Shown in pieces: positions 1-12,068 of a DNA stretch of 21,423 nucleotides. The notes beneath the pieces are model-generated. The model saw only the letters and a list, made by a program, of their open reading frames with translations. It was not told the origin of the DNA and made no database searches. The stretch's first letter is position 1. Each line of letters begins with the position of its first letter. The position numbers were made by a program, and so were the translations under genes. Source of the stretch: Proteromonas lacertae (Eukaryota); NCBI GenBank assembly GCA_002245135.1, contig NGBS01000901.1, forward strand, positions 62,001 through 83,423, given 5' to 3'.

Positions 1-1017
1 TACATTTTCTAATATCTTTTGTTATTAATTCTTTTGATTTTATCTTATTTAATACTTCATGAACTAATAAATCATCTATTGTTGAACCATTTATTGAAGT
101 GTCATAATGATGAGATAATATTTCTAGACCATTTATTGATTCTTCTTCATTTTCTTCATATACATTATCATCATCTACATCTTCATTATTTGTATATTTT
201 ACTATTGTGCAGTTACTATAAGATGAACCTATATCAATTATTAAACTATAATGTTCTTTCACAAAATTTTCTATATTTCGATATCCATAATTTATCGATG
301 TTGATAAATAAGAAGGAATGATTTCTTTACATCTCAATCCAATCATATTACAATATTCCATTATTAATATTCTTTTACTTTCATCGAAATATGAAGGAAC
401 AGATATTATTATGTCTTTTTTTACTTCTTCTTCTTCTTCTTTCTCTTCTGATTCAAAATCATTATCATTTTTATTATTCTCATTCATATTGATTATTTCT
501 TTTATTTTACTTAATAACATTATATATAATTCATCTATTAAGAATATCTGTTTTCTATATTCATATTCTACTAGATATGCTATTTTGTTTAATGTTCTGT
601 TTAATCTTATAGGTTTTAATCCAATTTTATGTTGAAGTTCGTTTTTCATTTCATCATCATATATTCTACCAAAATATTGAGTAAAATTTGTAATGGCATT
701 ATTATAGTCTTTATTATGCTAATTAAAATAGAAATATTATTATTATACTATATCATCAACTACATTTCCTATACAACGATAATTGCCTTTGAATAAAATT
801 CCACATCTATATTTCAATAGAATATTAAAAATTGATTGATATTATTATACGTTGTTTGTTCTTTTTGGTATTCATTCAATAATGGAGATATTGTCTCATT
901 CATATTATCATAATAACATATTCGAATTGATTGATTTCCTATATCAACTCCATAACAATCACATATATTATCATCAATCACATCTTCTTCTTTATCTTCT
1001 TCTTCCTTCTTCTTCAT
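1..1017 (-). CDS. Divergent Hsp110/Hsp70-family nucleotide-binding domain, truncated by window edge; probably the C-terminal part of the calpain gene
   Basis: Splicing introns 850-807 (44 nt) and 748-719 (30 nt) gives an open frame to base 1: YGVDIGNQSIRIC..LLNEYQKEQTTCGILFKGNYRCIG..NAITNFTQYFGRIYDD..IIISVPSYFDESKR..IGLRCKEII..NYGY..LIIDIGSSYS..LEILSHHYDTSINGSTIDDLLV. This is colinear with Hsp110/Sse1 motifs (GIDxG, NEY, VSVPxxF, DxGxS, DxxLGGxxFDxxLV). Confidence 0.8.
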
Positions 1018-4000
1018 TTGTTATTGTTGTTGGTGTGAATAAAGGAGGAGGAGAATCATTCACAAAATGATTATGTCGATTAGTTGGTTTTAGAGGAGTT
1101 TTATATTCATAATTATCATTAAATATTTGATTATCTTCATCATTATTCTCATTATTATAATGAGTGTTTTCTGTGTTATTGAAGTTATTATTATCTTCAA
1201 ATTCATCTTGAAAAGAATCATTATCATCATTATTATTCTCATTATTTCTTTTATTATTTTTGCTATGATGTTTATTGTTAGTGTTTGAGTTGTTGTTGTT
1301 ATTTACCATCTCTTTTAATGTATTAATCTCTTCTTCTATCTCTTTAATTCTCTTTTCATTATCATCGTTCTTACTTTTTAATTCATTTATTTCATTTTCC
1401 TTTTTATTATCTTTGTCATTTTCTGTTGAATAGGTTTGTATTTCAATATCATTCATTTTAGGCTTTTTCTCTTTTTCTTTTTCGTTTTTCTCTTCTAATA
1501 CTTTTATCTTATCATTCAGCTCATTTATATATTTGTCTTTTTTATTCATTTCTTCTAATGTTAAATTATTTTGGATTCCTACATCATTCATTTCTACTTT
1601 TCTTTCTTCTTGTTTTTCTTGATGTTGTTTCAATATTTCTATTTCATTTTTAATTTCTATTATCATTTTATCTTTTTCTAATATGATTTCTTTCATATTC
1701 TCATTTTCTTTAATCAACTTATCTATAATATCATCTTTTTCAGTATTTTCTTCTTTCTTTTCATCTTCATCATCTTCATTTATATTTTCTTTCACTTTTA
1801 ATTCTTCCATTTCATTTTCCAATTCTTTTATTCTTTCTTCTTTTCTTTCTAACTCATCTTTCATCTCATCTAATTCTTTACCACTTGATGAATTATTTTC
1901 TTCAGTTTCATTAATTATTAAATCATTATGATCTTCTAATATCGTTAATATTAATGAATCTATTTTACTTTCATTCATTATTAAAAATGATTCACTTTTA
2001 TTTTCTTTGATTTTAAACTCTCTTTCTTCATATCTATTACGTTTTATCTCATTGCCATTTATCAACTCAAAATTCTCTAATTTACTTTCTTCTTCTTGAT
2101 AGATTAGATTAATTGTGTTGATTGATGTTGATAAATTTACTTCTCTTTTGTTCTTCTTTTCTAATTCTTCATATTCTTCTTTTTCTTTTTCTTGTTGTTG
2201 TTTCAATATCTCTATTTCATTTTGAAGTTCAATTATTGTATTATCTTTTTCTACTATGATTTCTTTCATATTCTGATTTTCTTCATTCAAATCATCTATA
2301 TCACCATTTTTTTCTCCTTCTTCTTCTTCCTCATCTTCCTCATCTTCTTGTTCATTCACTTCTTCATTATTCTCTTTACTCTCTTTTATTATTTTATCTA
2401 TGGTGTTGTTGAGATTATAACCTTCATCATCATCATCTTCTTCATTTTCTTCTACACTTTCTTGGTTATTCTCTTTTTCCTCATTTTCAACAACATCATC
2501 TTCTTGCCGTTGTTTTAATATTTCTATTTCATTTTCCAATTCTTTTATTCTTTCATTTTTTCTCTCCAATTCATCTTTCATATCATCAAATTCTTTCCTT
2601 CTAGCTGTATCATACACTTCAACTGGAAAATTATCTTCATTATCCATATATTCGTTATTACTATATCTAATTAACCAACCCAAATATTTAATCATCAATG
2701 CAATTCCATTAATTAATGTAAAAGGTTTCTTTATTTCATCACATTTCTCTCGATATTTCAATACATCCAAACATTCATATTCTATTTTTTGATTGCTTGA
2801 AATTAGTATTTCCTTCATATCAAATGTGATATTAGGTTGTATTGGTACAATCACTAATGTATATTCTCCTTTCATTATCAAATTACATACATAATTATAG
2901 TTATTATAATTACTACAATAATTATTGTCTTCATTATGGCCAATTTCTTTAAATGTATCTTCACTATGAACAATCTCTCCTTTTGAATTATACACATGTA
3001 AATTGAATAAATATTTGTCATTTTCATCATTAAAAGTGAAATATATTTCTCCATTTTCTTTTACATTTAACTTATATTGTGGAAATTGTGATAATGGACC
3101 ACCATTTATATACTTATAATCATATTTATCAACTGTTAGAGTTGTATTAATCAATTCATTTCTTTTATAAATAAATCCATCAACTATTTCATCACTTAAT
3201 ATTTCTATGTTTATTACTAAATCATTATCGAAATTATTCTCTTTGTTTCTAATATATGGTTGAATATAAAAGTATTCTTCTTTGCTAATAGACTTATAAT
3301 AGCAATTTCTGTTCATAACATCATTTAATGATTCTTCATTATTGCTATTCTTGACTTCTTTCACTATTCCTCCAATCATTTCATTTTCGCATTCCAATAA
3401 TATCAAAACTTCAGTCTCAAAATAAGAGTATATACATATATTGTCAGGTTTTGAATAACAATTATAATCTATTGAATAATTGAGTTTATATTTATATTCT
3501 GTAAATGGAATTCTAGATACTTTTAGATTCTTTCCATAAAAAGAATAAGAAACAGTTAATGGATATTTCTCATCATTATGAAATGAAGAAAACAATATAT
3601 ACTTTGAATTTTCATTAACTGTTATATATTTATCAAATATTTTATAAAAATAATCTGTATATGATTTGGATGGAATAGTTATTTGTCTTTTTATATTCTC
3701 ACTTTCTTCTATTTTACTAATATCAACATGAATATATTCTTTTGACTGTTCTTCACTAATATAATCTTGTTCACACTCAATATACAACATACTTTCTCTG
3801 TTTTTATCAATTATATTCACTTCTATTAAACATTGATCTTTAAAATAATCAAGTGGTACAATTGATGGAATTGAAGTATGATAGGTGAAATACTTTTTAT
3901 ATATATCAGGCGAAAAAACACATTGACTATTTATAAATAATAATAATACTAATTATATATATATACATAGAATCAAAATCATCAATAATATCTTCTATTT

Positions 4001-5684
4001 TTACCCACATCAAATTAACATATCGATATATTTCACTCAACTCTTTATCATAACATAATACTCTATTATGAATATTATCACTCCAAATAACATCATTATT
4101 AGGATTTCCACTATACCAATATCCCTTTTTATGATGTGCATTTCCTAATAATATCCATTTCTCATCATTTACCATCTTCATCTATATATATATATAAATT
4201 AATATGAATAATATACTGATAATATGGAATGACGATGTGTATATGTTATTAATTCATCTTTTTGATTTTCTACATCTTTATTTATTGTTGATATTGTAGC
4301 AATACATTTCCCTCTATTAAATAACTCATATATTTCATTCCATATTCCATTAATATTCTCTTTTAATTCTTCTTTATATGATTTACTACACCAACCAGTA
4401 AAACAGCTTAATTCATTTGTTATCTTACAACCATTATAATACAATTTAGAAATAGCTTTTTCAACTAAAGTTACCCAAAATTCTTTATTTATAATAGATT
4501 CTGATAGAGTGGATATAATTCTATCATCAACTGTAATACTTCTAAAACAGCCATTACAATAGAGTTTTATAATATATTTACCATAAGGATTGTATAATGG
4601 ATTATTATCCTTATTAATTGGATATATAATATTCTGTAAAAAAGTTGATTTATGCAAACACATATGATTACTTATGCTCATTATTGTAGCTATTTTTTCA
4701 CAGTCATTTACAGTAAGTTGTTGAATTGCTGGAGCAATAAACATATTTTCATCTTCATAGTTTGATATTATCTTTGGAATATAGTCTAATATGTAATAAC
4801 TGTGCTTATATTCTTCATTATTTATATTTGATACAACTTTCTTTCCATATTCGATTTCTTCATCATTAAAGAATGAATCTTCACTTTCATCTATTTCTTC
4901 ATTCTCTATATCAAATTTAATATCGTTTATGATTTCATTTTTATTAAATATTGGAGCATTTACTCCATTTATATTGGAGCATTCTTCTAACAATTTCTTT
5001 TCTTCATCACTTATTTGGTTATTAAAAACATCATCTTCAGTAATTCTTTTCTTCTGTTTTTCTTCTTTATTTGCTTCTTCTTTTAATATATTTATTTTTG
5101 TTATATATTCATCTCTTTTATTACTATTTTCAAATATATAAATGATAATAAAAATACATTTCTTCTTCATTCAAGTTTTTACATATTTCAAACAATTTAA
5201 ACGATTTATCTAACAATCTTTTACATTCTGTTATGTTACCATATTTAAATAAGGTTTCAGAGTATTCATAGCAAAATATAGCTTTTAAATAACACAATGA
5301 AGGCTTTTTACGATTAAGATATGATTCTGTAAGTAGTTTATTTGTAGTAAACACACCATTTTCATCAAACTAGCTTATGAATATATTTAATCTTTTATAC
5401 ACTAAATGTGACTTTATTGTCTCCTTTATTTTCTAATGATTCTAATTTTTCTTTTATCTCTACAATTTTTTGTTGACACATACTATAACTATTCAATAAT
5501 AACGGATTTATACTCTGATTCATCACATACTGAACTAAATGAAAGATAACACAACAGTGATTGAAAATAATAACACCTAGCGCTAGAATAGAGTTCCTGA
5601 TCTCTTAATTCATCTGCCTAATCTCATTATAGAATCTAATTAACATACAATCTCAATATATTTATTGTAACGATAAAAATTCAT
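992..5684 (-). CDS. Calpain-7/PalB-like cysteine protease: two MIT-like helical domains, CysPc, C2-like (domain III) modules, long acidic coiled coil
   Basis: ATG at 5684; six short GT-AG introns join ORFs 5130-5354, 4199-5170, 3927-4181 and 992-3820 in frame. Motifs resemble calpain-7/PalB: IQQLTVNDC (Cys ~4701), IIYPINKDNNPLYNPYGKYIIKLYCNGCFRSITVDD, EFWVTLVEKAISK, FTGW, THRHSIL (His ~4236), LLGNA (Asn ~4141). Domain III-like segments: GGPLSQFPQYKLNV and GEYTLVIVP. E/K/N-rich heptads at ~1300-2600. Confidence 0.85.
1605..2598 (-). repeat. Intragenic duplication within the coiled-coil region
   Basis: KEFDDMKDELERKNERIKELENEIE (~2520-2598) vs KELDEMKDELERKEERIKELENEME (~1805-1880). ENQNMKEIIVEKDNTIIELQNEIEILKQQQEK (~2185-2285) vs ENENMKEIILEKDKMIIEIKNEIEILKQHQEK (~1610-1710). 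Similarity is also visible at DNA level. Confidence 0.8.
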
Positions 5685-5794
5685 TTTGATTATGAATTAA
5701 AAAAGCTTACACTTTATCTAACAGTCAAAATCATTTATAAAATAATAAAATATAATTAGCAGTATTATAGAATTTAAAATATGGTATATTTATC

Positions 5795-5802
5795 AACAAA
5801 CA
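5795..5802 (-). terminator. TGTTTGTT putative 3'-end/polyadenylation-associated motif
   Basis: Plus strand AACAAACA, lying 9 nt downstream of the TAA (5812-5814) of the 7TM-RGS gene. This octamer is the known motif downstream of poly(A) sites in Blastocystis. Confidence 0.55.
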
Positions 5803-5811
5803 AACTCTCTA

Positions 5812-8280
5812 TTATAATTTATTGCTTTTGTCTTGAGTTTTCTTATCTTGCATTTGACTTTCCAACTCTTCAAACATCACTTTTCTCACTTCTTCAGGAT
5901 ACATTCCTTGAAGCTTCAAAATTTCCTCAATCGACAATGCCTTAGCATAATACTCATCTTGTATGTACAAATAAATCAAGCCATTATTTTTAATCTCTTC
6001 TATCACATATTCTTCTATCTTTTCAAACACTTTTATATCAAATGTCTTACTCTCCATATATTTCTGGTCAAAATCATTTACTATCTGTTCAGGAAGTGTC
6101 AATGGATGTTTTCCATCAGTTCTTATGAATTTATCGTATATATTTTTAATCTCATTTTCTAATTTTTCATGGGATAGATTAGAAGTTTTTAGATTCTGCA
6201 ATCTGATCAGAAATTTTACCAATTTGTGGGAAGTGTTTTCTTCTTTCTTGAGGCAAAGTACAAATCCTGCTACTTTTACTGGTGATTGTAAAATTTCTTC
6301 TAATAACAGTGATGGATCTGTATAACGTGAAATATATTGAGGAGAATAACATATCTTACGATAAGCCTAACAATATATATTTACATTTATATTTATATTT
6401 ATACAAAAAAAATAACATAAGACCAAATAGCAACAATGGCAATAACAATTGTTAAAAATGTATAATTAGGAAGAATGGAAATTGATGAATATTCAGTTAA
6501 ATCATAACTATATGCATAAGATCGGGTAATGAATAATAAATATAACACAACTGTAACTGATGATATTAATAATTGTTCTTCTGTTGGTGGAAGTGATTGT
6601 AAATATATATCGGAGACTGTTAATAGGATATATAAACCTTGAAGAACCTAAATATAAATATAAATATATGATAATAGTAGAATTATAGAAAATGAGTAAA
6701 ATTATAGAAATTTATATATACAATTATAATAAAGACTATTCTTGATAATTCCACTTTATTACATATCTCCAAATTCATACTATATCCATTACCATTCATA
6801 TATTTCTTAATTTCAACACTTTCATCTCTTATATATAAACAATAAACAAAACTCATAAATAATGTCAAATATTGAGGAAATATAAATCCATAATACTCAA
6901 ACGACACTTTCTTTCGACATACAGCGATATGATATAGGCATTTATTCAATAAATTCAATAAACTAATCAAAGCATAATAAATATACAACAATATATAGTA
7001 TTTATAATATATACATAAACAAAGCAACTGGAGCTACAGATCTAATCATGTTAATTACCGTACAAATGTCTTTATTAGGTTTTGCATATAAGAAAAACAC
7101 TTCACTTTGGATAATCATTACAACTACCACTATAAATGAATAGGAAGATGGATTGGCGTTAATTAAGAATCTAAGATGCCTATACTTGTTGAGCAACAGT
7201 CTGGAGCATAGAATGAGGAAATTTATTACAAATACAATAATATTGATTATTAAAAATGTATAATCAAATTTATATTCTGAAATCTTTAACAACCATGGCC
7301 ATTCATAAGGAAATTGAAATGAACAGTTATTTTCATTTGAACATGTTTGATTATCCACAACAACCAATGTAATTGATCTATATACAATATAAATAGACAA
7401 TTATAGAAAATATAGTCGTTTCATACTCAGAAATATTTTTTTCAAGGATTTGAATTATTTCGTATTCTGAATATTTGTTGAAGTAAGGATAATTATCTTC
7501 AAAGCTGCAAAACATTGTATTGAATGGAACACAAATTGTCTTTGTTAAATCACATTTTGGGTTTCTAACAGGACATAAATCTTCACTTAGCACATTTTTA
7601 CTTCTACCATTTATCTTATCATCAGGATAACAGTTATATAACTCTGAAGAAGCTAATTAACATAATTTATTGATTTATACATTTAAAAAAGTCATCCAAG
7701 ATACTACTAGTAAATGTATCTTCAAATAAACATATTTCTTTACTCACCATTTTTGTAGCTGTAATTTCACTCAATTTCTGTATTAAAATGCCTATTGACA
7801 TTCCTTTGTATATATAATAGAATATTTTCTTAGATATCTCAAATCTTGAGTCTAATAAAACTTCTTCTTTCAACATTGAAATGTATTTTGTATAACGAGG
7901 AATAGTGAATTGATAAGCATAGTTTTGATCACCTAAATATTGAGGCAAAGTGTATGGTAGATTCTGAATGATATTTGTTTGAATAAAATGCCAACCAATA
8001 GGAGAGAAGTATTCATGTTCTAGAAAACAAAAATTTATAATAAAAAAAAATAAAATTAAAAAAAGAAGTGTGTTTTTATAATATATATACCATTAATTGT
8101 ATCTTCCTCTAATTGTAATGCAAATATTCCTTTCACATTTAACTTATTATCTCTAATGAATGACAATACATTTAATAAATCTGCATTGGGTGATGTTATA
8201 ATTAATATTGATGGATTTAATGACTTTAATTCATCAAATATTGTTTCAAATGTGTAATAGAATGAAACATCATCATAATC

Positions 8281-8317
<37 letters not shown>

Positions 8318-9301
8318 TTAAAAAAATATAATATATAATATATTTAATATATATATATACTGCATCATAAATTGTAGCAGTACAAATTTCATTCAAATCT
8401 TTACAATCATTATTATTATTACAATTTCTACTATAAACATTTGAAGTCTAAAAAGTAATAAAATATTTTATAATTATTATTATTATACATCTTTATTAGA
8501 ACATTTCTTATTCAATATTTCATATTTATATTCTTTACTCAATTCAATTATTTTCCTATTATAATACAAAGATAATGGATCTCTAGCATTTCCTATTACA
8601 CTGATTCTTTTACTGTCTTTTAATTTTTCATTTATATATTTCATTACGTTTTCTATTATCCTTTCTGGGTATGTATCTATTGATATTATTGGAGATGGAT
8701 ATGATATGTTAATTGATGTTGATAAGGTGGTTATTAATCCAATATTACATGGATATTTTGAATTTTTGTATTTTGTCTTTAAATGATCAGTTACTGCTTT
8801 TAATACTCTGTAGGAACTTGGTAAAAATATAAAATGAGGTCTTTCTTCAGTTGGAAGTGAACATATTGAATCGACGAAATTTATGGAATTTTCTACTAAT
8901 GATATGTCACTGCCATTTGACTTTGATAAGTAGAAACGAATTGACACGAATGTGGAACTAGAAATAACACAATTTTGAAGTTTTTATACTTTTCTTGTAC
9001 TTCTTCAGACTCACAAAGTGGTAATCCTTTTAATATTTCATTTACATGATCTCTCCAGAATAACAATCCAGCATTATAATAAATATCTAAATTAAAATAA
9101 TATAAACAATACCATTCGAAATTCCATTATTATTTTCATCATGTAACGAAACTATTTTAATCACAGACGCAGAAGTGTATTCTTCAGGCAAATCTATCAT
9201 TATGAAATCCTTCATCTATATAATATATTGTCTTGCTATTATACACTGCAAATAACACATTTCAATATTAATAGTAATATTATTACTTGAATATAAGCCA
9301 T
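5812..9301 (-). CDS. Class C GPCR-like receptor: signal peptide, periplasmic-binding-protein/Venus-flytrap-like ectodomain, 7TM, C-terminal RGS domain
   Basis: ATG 9301 gives hydrophobic leader MAYIQVIILLLILKCVICS; ~11 small introns (e.g. 9112-9087, 26 nt). PBP-type-1-like segments: GLLFWRDHVNEILKGL, PHFIFLPSSYRVLKAV, RISVIG, FETIFDELKSLNPSILII. TM region with class-C-like features: YRHLRFLINANP, PNKDICTV, LLNK in TM3, ECL2 Cys (LEIC). RGS-like tail: LEEILQSPVKVAGFVLCLKKEE..LVKFL..IKNIYDKFIRTDGKHPLTLP..VFEKIEEYVIEEI..YIQDEYY. Confidence 0.8.
8287..8313. repeat. (TA)n microsatellite inside an intron of the receptor gene
   Basis: Uninterrupted TA run next to the 3' splice site; a similar run lies at ~14824-14846 in the PP2C intron. 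Confidence 0.9.
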
Positions 9302-9359
9302 AAAAAAGAAAAACGATAATAGAAAAACGACTATTTTTCTTTTTTATATTGGAATTATC

Positions 9360-9367
9360 AACAAACA
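9360..9367 (-). terminator. TGTTTGTT putative 3'-end motif
   Basis: Plus strand AACAAACA, 45 nt downstream of the stop at 9413 of the hypothetical gene, in a 111-bp intergenic gap. Confidence 0.5.
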
Positions 9368-9412
9368 CAATACTCAATACATATATTTAAACATACAATT
9401 ACATTATACTAT

Positions 9413-10579
9413 TTACATTTCATTATTACTATTTGATTTAGGTAATACAGTAATTACTAAAGAATTCAGCTTTTGTCTTTTACAACTACTTCTTGTTGAT
9501 GAATTAAATGACTTAGAACATATGCTCATTCTTGATATTTTTTTACTCTCTTTCGTTGAATCTTTTTTCCAACTATTTTGCTTGCTATTATTGCTGCTAT
9601 TATTCCGATTTAAGAATTGATGTGAAGGGAATGGTGATGGCCTTATATTCACCATATATCTTTTCTTTAATTCACATATTATCTGTTCACTCGAATAATC
9701 GTTTATATTTGGATAATAATCTGAATAAAAAGGATGTGGATTTCCTTTTATTTTTCTACTGATATAATCAATACAATTTTCTCTTGGCAATTCATTTATA
9801 CTAGTAATTGGTCGAATTAAAGAATCATAAAATGATTTTCTTGAATATATTAAACTATAATTATCAAATCCAATTACATTATTTATGATTAGCTTGCTTA
9901 CAGATGATATTGTTTCAAAGCATGAAGGATGAAATAAGATATAAGTTCGAAAATTGCTTATTCTTATTCTCTTTTCAGCTGTTCTTTCTGTTGAAGATAA
10001 AAACTCTGCTATTAACAGAGAATTCGATTCTCTTGTACTTAGTTTATAAAAGAAATTATATACTTGTTCATCACTTAAAGTCAAATTACTACTTATTCCT
10101 GATATTGCAAATAGAATATTTAAAATATTACTTAGTGAAAATAATCCAAATATTAATATGAACAATAGATAGTCATTTATCTTTATTAAATTATCTAATG
10201 GTATATACAAAATAAATTATATATATATATACTACAATAACTAAAGTAATCACGAAAAATTGGAAGACCTTCTATATCAATCAAATCATTTATATCTTCG
10301 ATTAAAATAAAATCATTAAATGGTTTCTCATACCATTTACTTAAGTATTTCATTTGAATAAGCGAAATTTCATAATTTGACACTATTCAATTACAATTTA
10401 TACTTACTATACTACAAAAGACAGTAGCTATTTTTCTGTTTATATCAGATAAAGGACAAAGCAACTCATTTTTTTTCAATTTCTTACCTCTGCTTAATGC
10501 ATCTTGATACATCATGATCTACATGTATATTTATAATACGATAATATACTTTCATATTAAGGCTTTCTGTTTCTGGCAT
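9413..10579 (-). CDS. Hypothetical protein (~350 aa), possibly with degenerate EF-hand-like helices; Ser/Lys-rich tail
   Basis: ATG 10579 (MPETESLNMK). Three ~30-38 nt GT-AG introns join the 5' exons to ORFs 10195-10383 and 9413-10210 in frame. IKINDYLLFILIFG..ILNILFAISGISSNLTLSDEQV only loosely recalls EF-hand pair spacing; no canonical Ca-binding loop. Confidence 0.6.
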
Positions 10580-10966
10580 TTTTATTTTTTATATTCTCAA
10601 AATATAGTCGTTTCATTTATGTAACTGATTATTTAATAAACAAACAAAAAACTCACAACACAAAGTTCTTACATTGTAAACACCATTATTACCTATCTCA
10701 AAACTACAATTACAATTTCAAATCTCCTAAAATCCAATAGTTAATGAACGAACAAAATCTTTTCATATAATAGTATATTTAATACTATTAAATGTTTTCA
10801 ATTATTCCTTCTTATCTTTTTTGACATTTCACCTAATTTGGTGGTTTCATTTTATGAAAATGTTGTTTTATCAATATTATCTTTCTTATTTACATACAAT
10901 TCTTATAAACAGTCATACACTTCTTTCTTTTCTTTTATTATTTTTTATTCTCCGTCATTTAATTCA

Positions 10967-11512
<546 letters not shown>

Positions 11513-12068
11513 TTATTTCACATAATTCACATAATTCACATGAAATAAATACATTTATAACTTCAACAAAAACACATTTTACTCAACAACACATATTTAA
11601 CATTACATTCTTCATATAATCGAGAAAATGCACTACAACATCTCTTTTATACTCATTTCCTATATATTTAGATAAACATTCATACAATTCATTTATTTAA
11701 ACTACTTTCATCTTTGTTTATCTTTCATTCATCTTTTAAATCAAGAAAATTCATTTCTATTTTGACAATGTCATTTACTTGTATTATTTACATTTTCATT
11801 CTTTTCAAACTCATTTCATCATTATTTTTATTCTGATTTAATTTTTTGTATATTTATAAGTATATCTACATATTGATAGGTAATATAAGCAAAAGAATAT
11901 TTGTTTAGTAAATATCACAATTTGTGAGTGGATATAATTATACTACAACTTAATTAAAGTAAAGAAACTATTATTAAACAAAAATTTTAATATTAAATCC
12001 AAGAAAAGAAATACAAAATAATACATAGAAATACATAACAATACAGTATAAAAATTTGATAAAAAGAA

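Noticed and set aside
853..860. TGTTTGTT on the plus strand (also 19594-19601)
   Set aside because: Both lie within coding exons (antisense to EQT codons; CCLL codons of MCM5) and are not at gene ends.
19..2518. Plus-strand hydrophobic ORFs (19-321, 318-635, 852-1070, 1683-1931, 2192-2518) and similar ones elsewhere (4929, 5833, 9532, 9904, 11038, 15209, 16115, 19688)
   Set aside because: Antisense shadows of E/K/N-rich real exons; the Phe/Leu/Ile/Ser richness follows from complementing GAA/AAA/AAT codons.
5803..5814. Stop codon created by polyadenylation, as known in Blastocystis
   Set aside because: All complete genes here have genome-encoded stops; no case is needed in this window.
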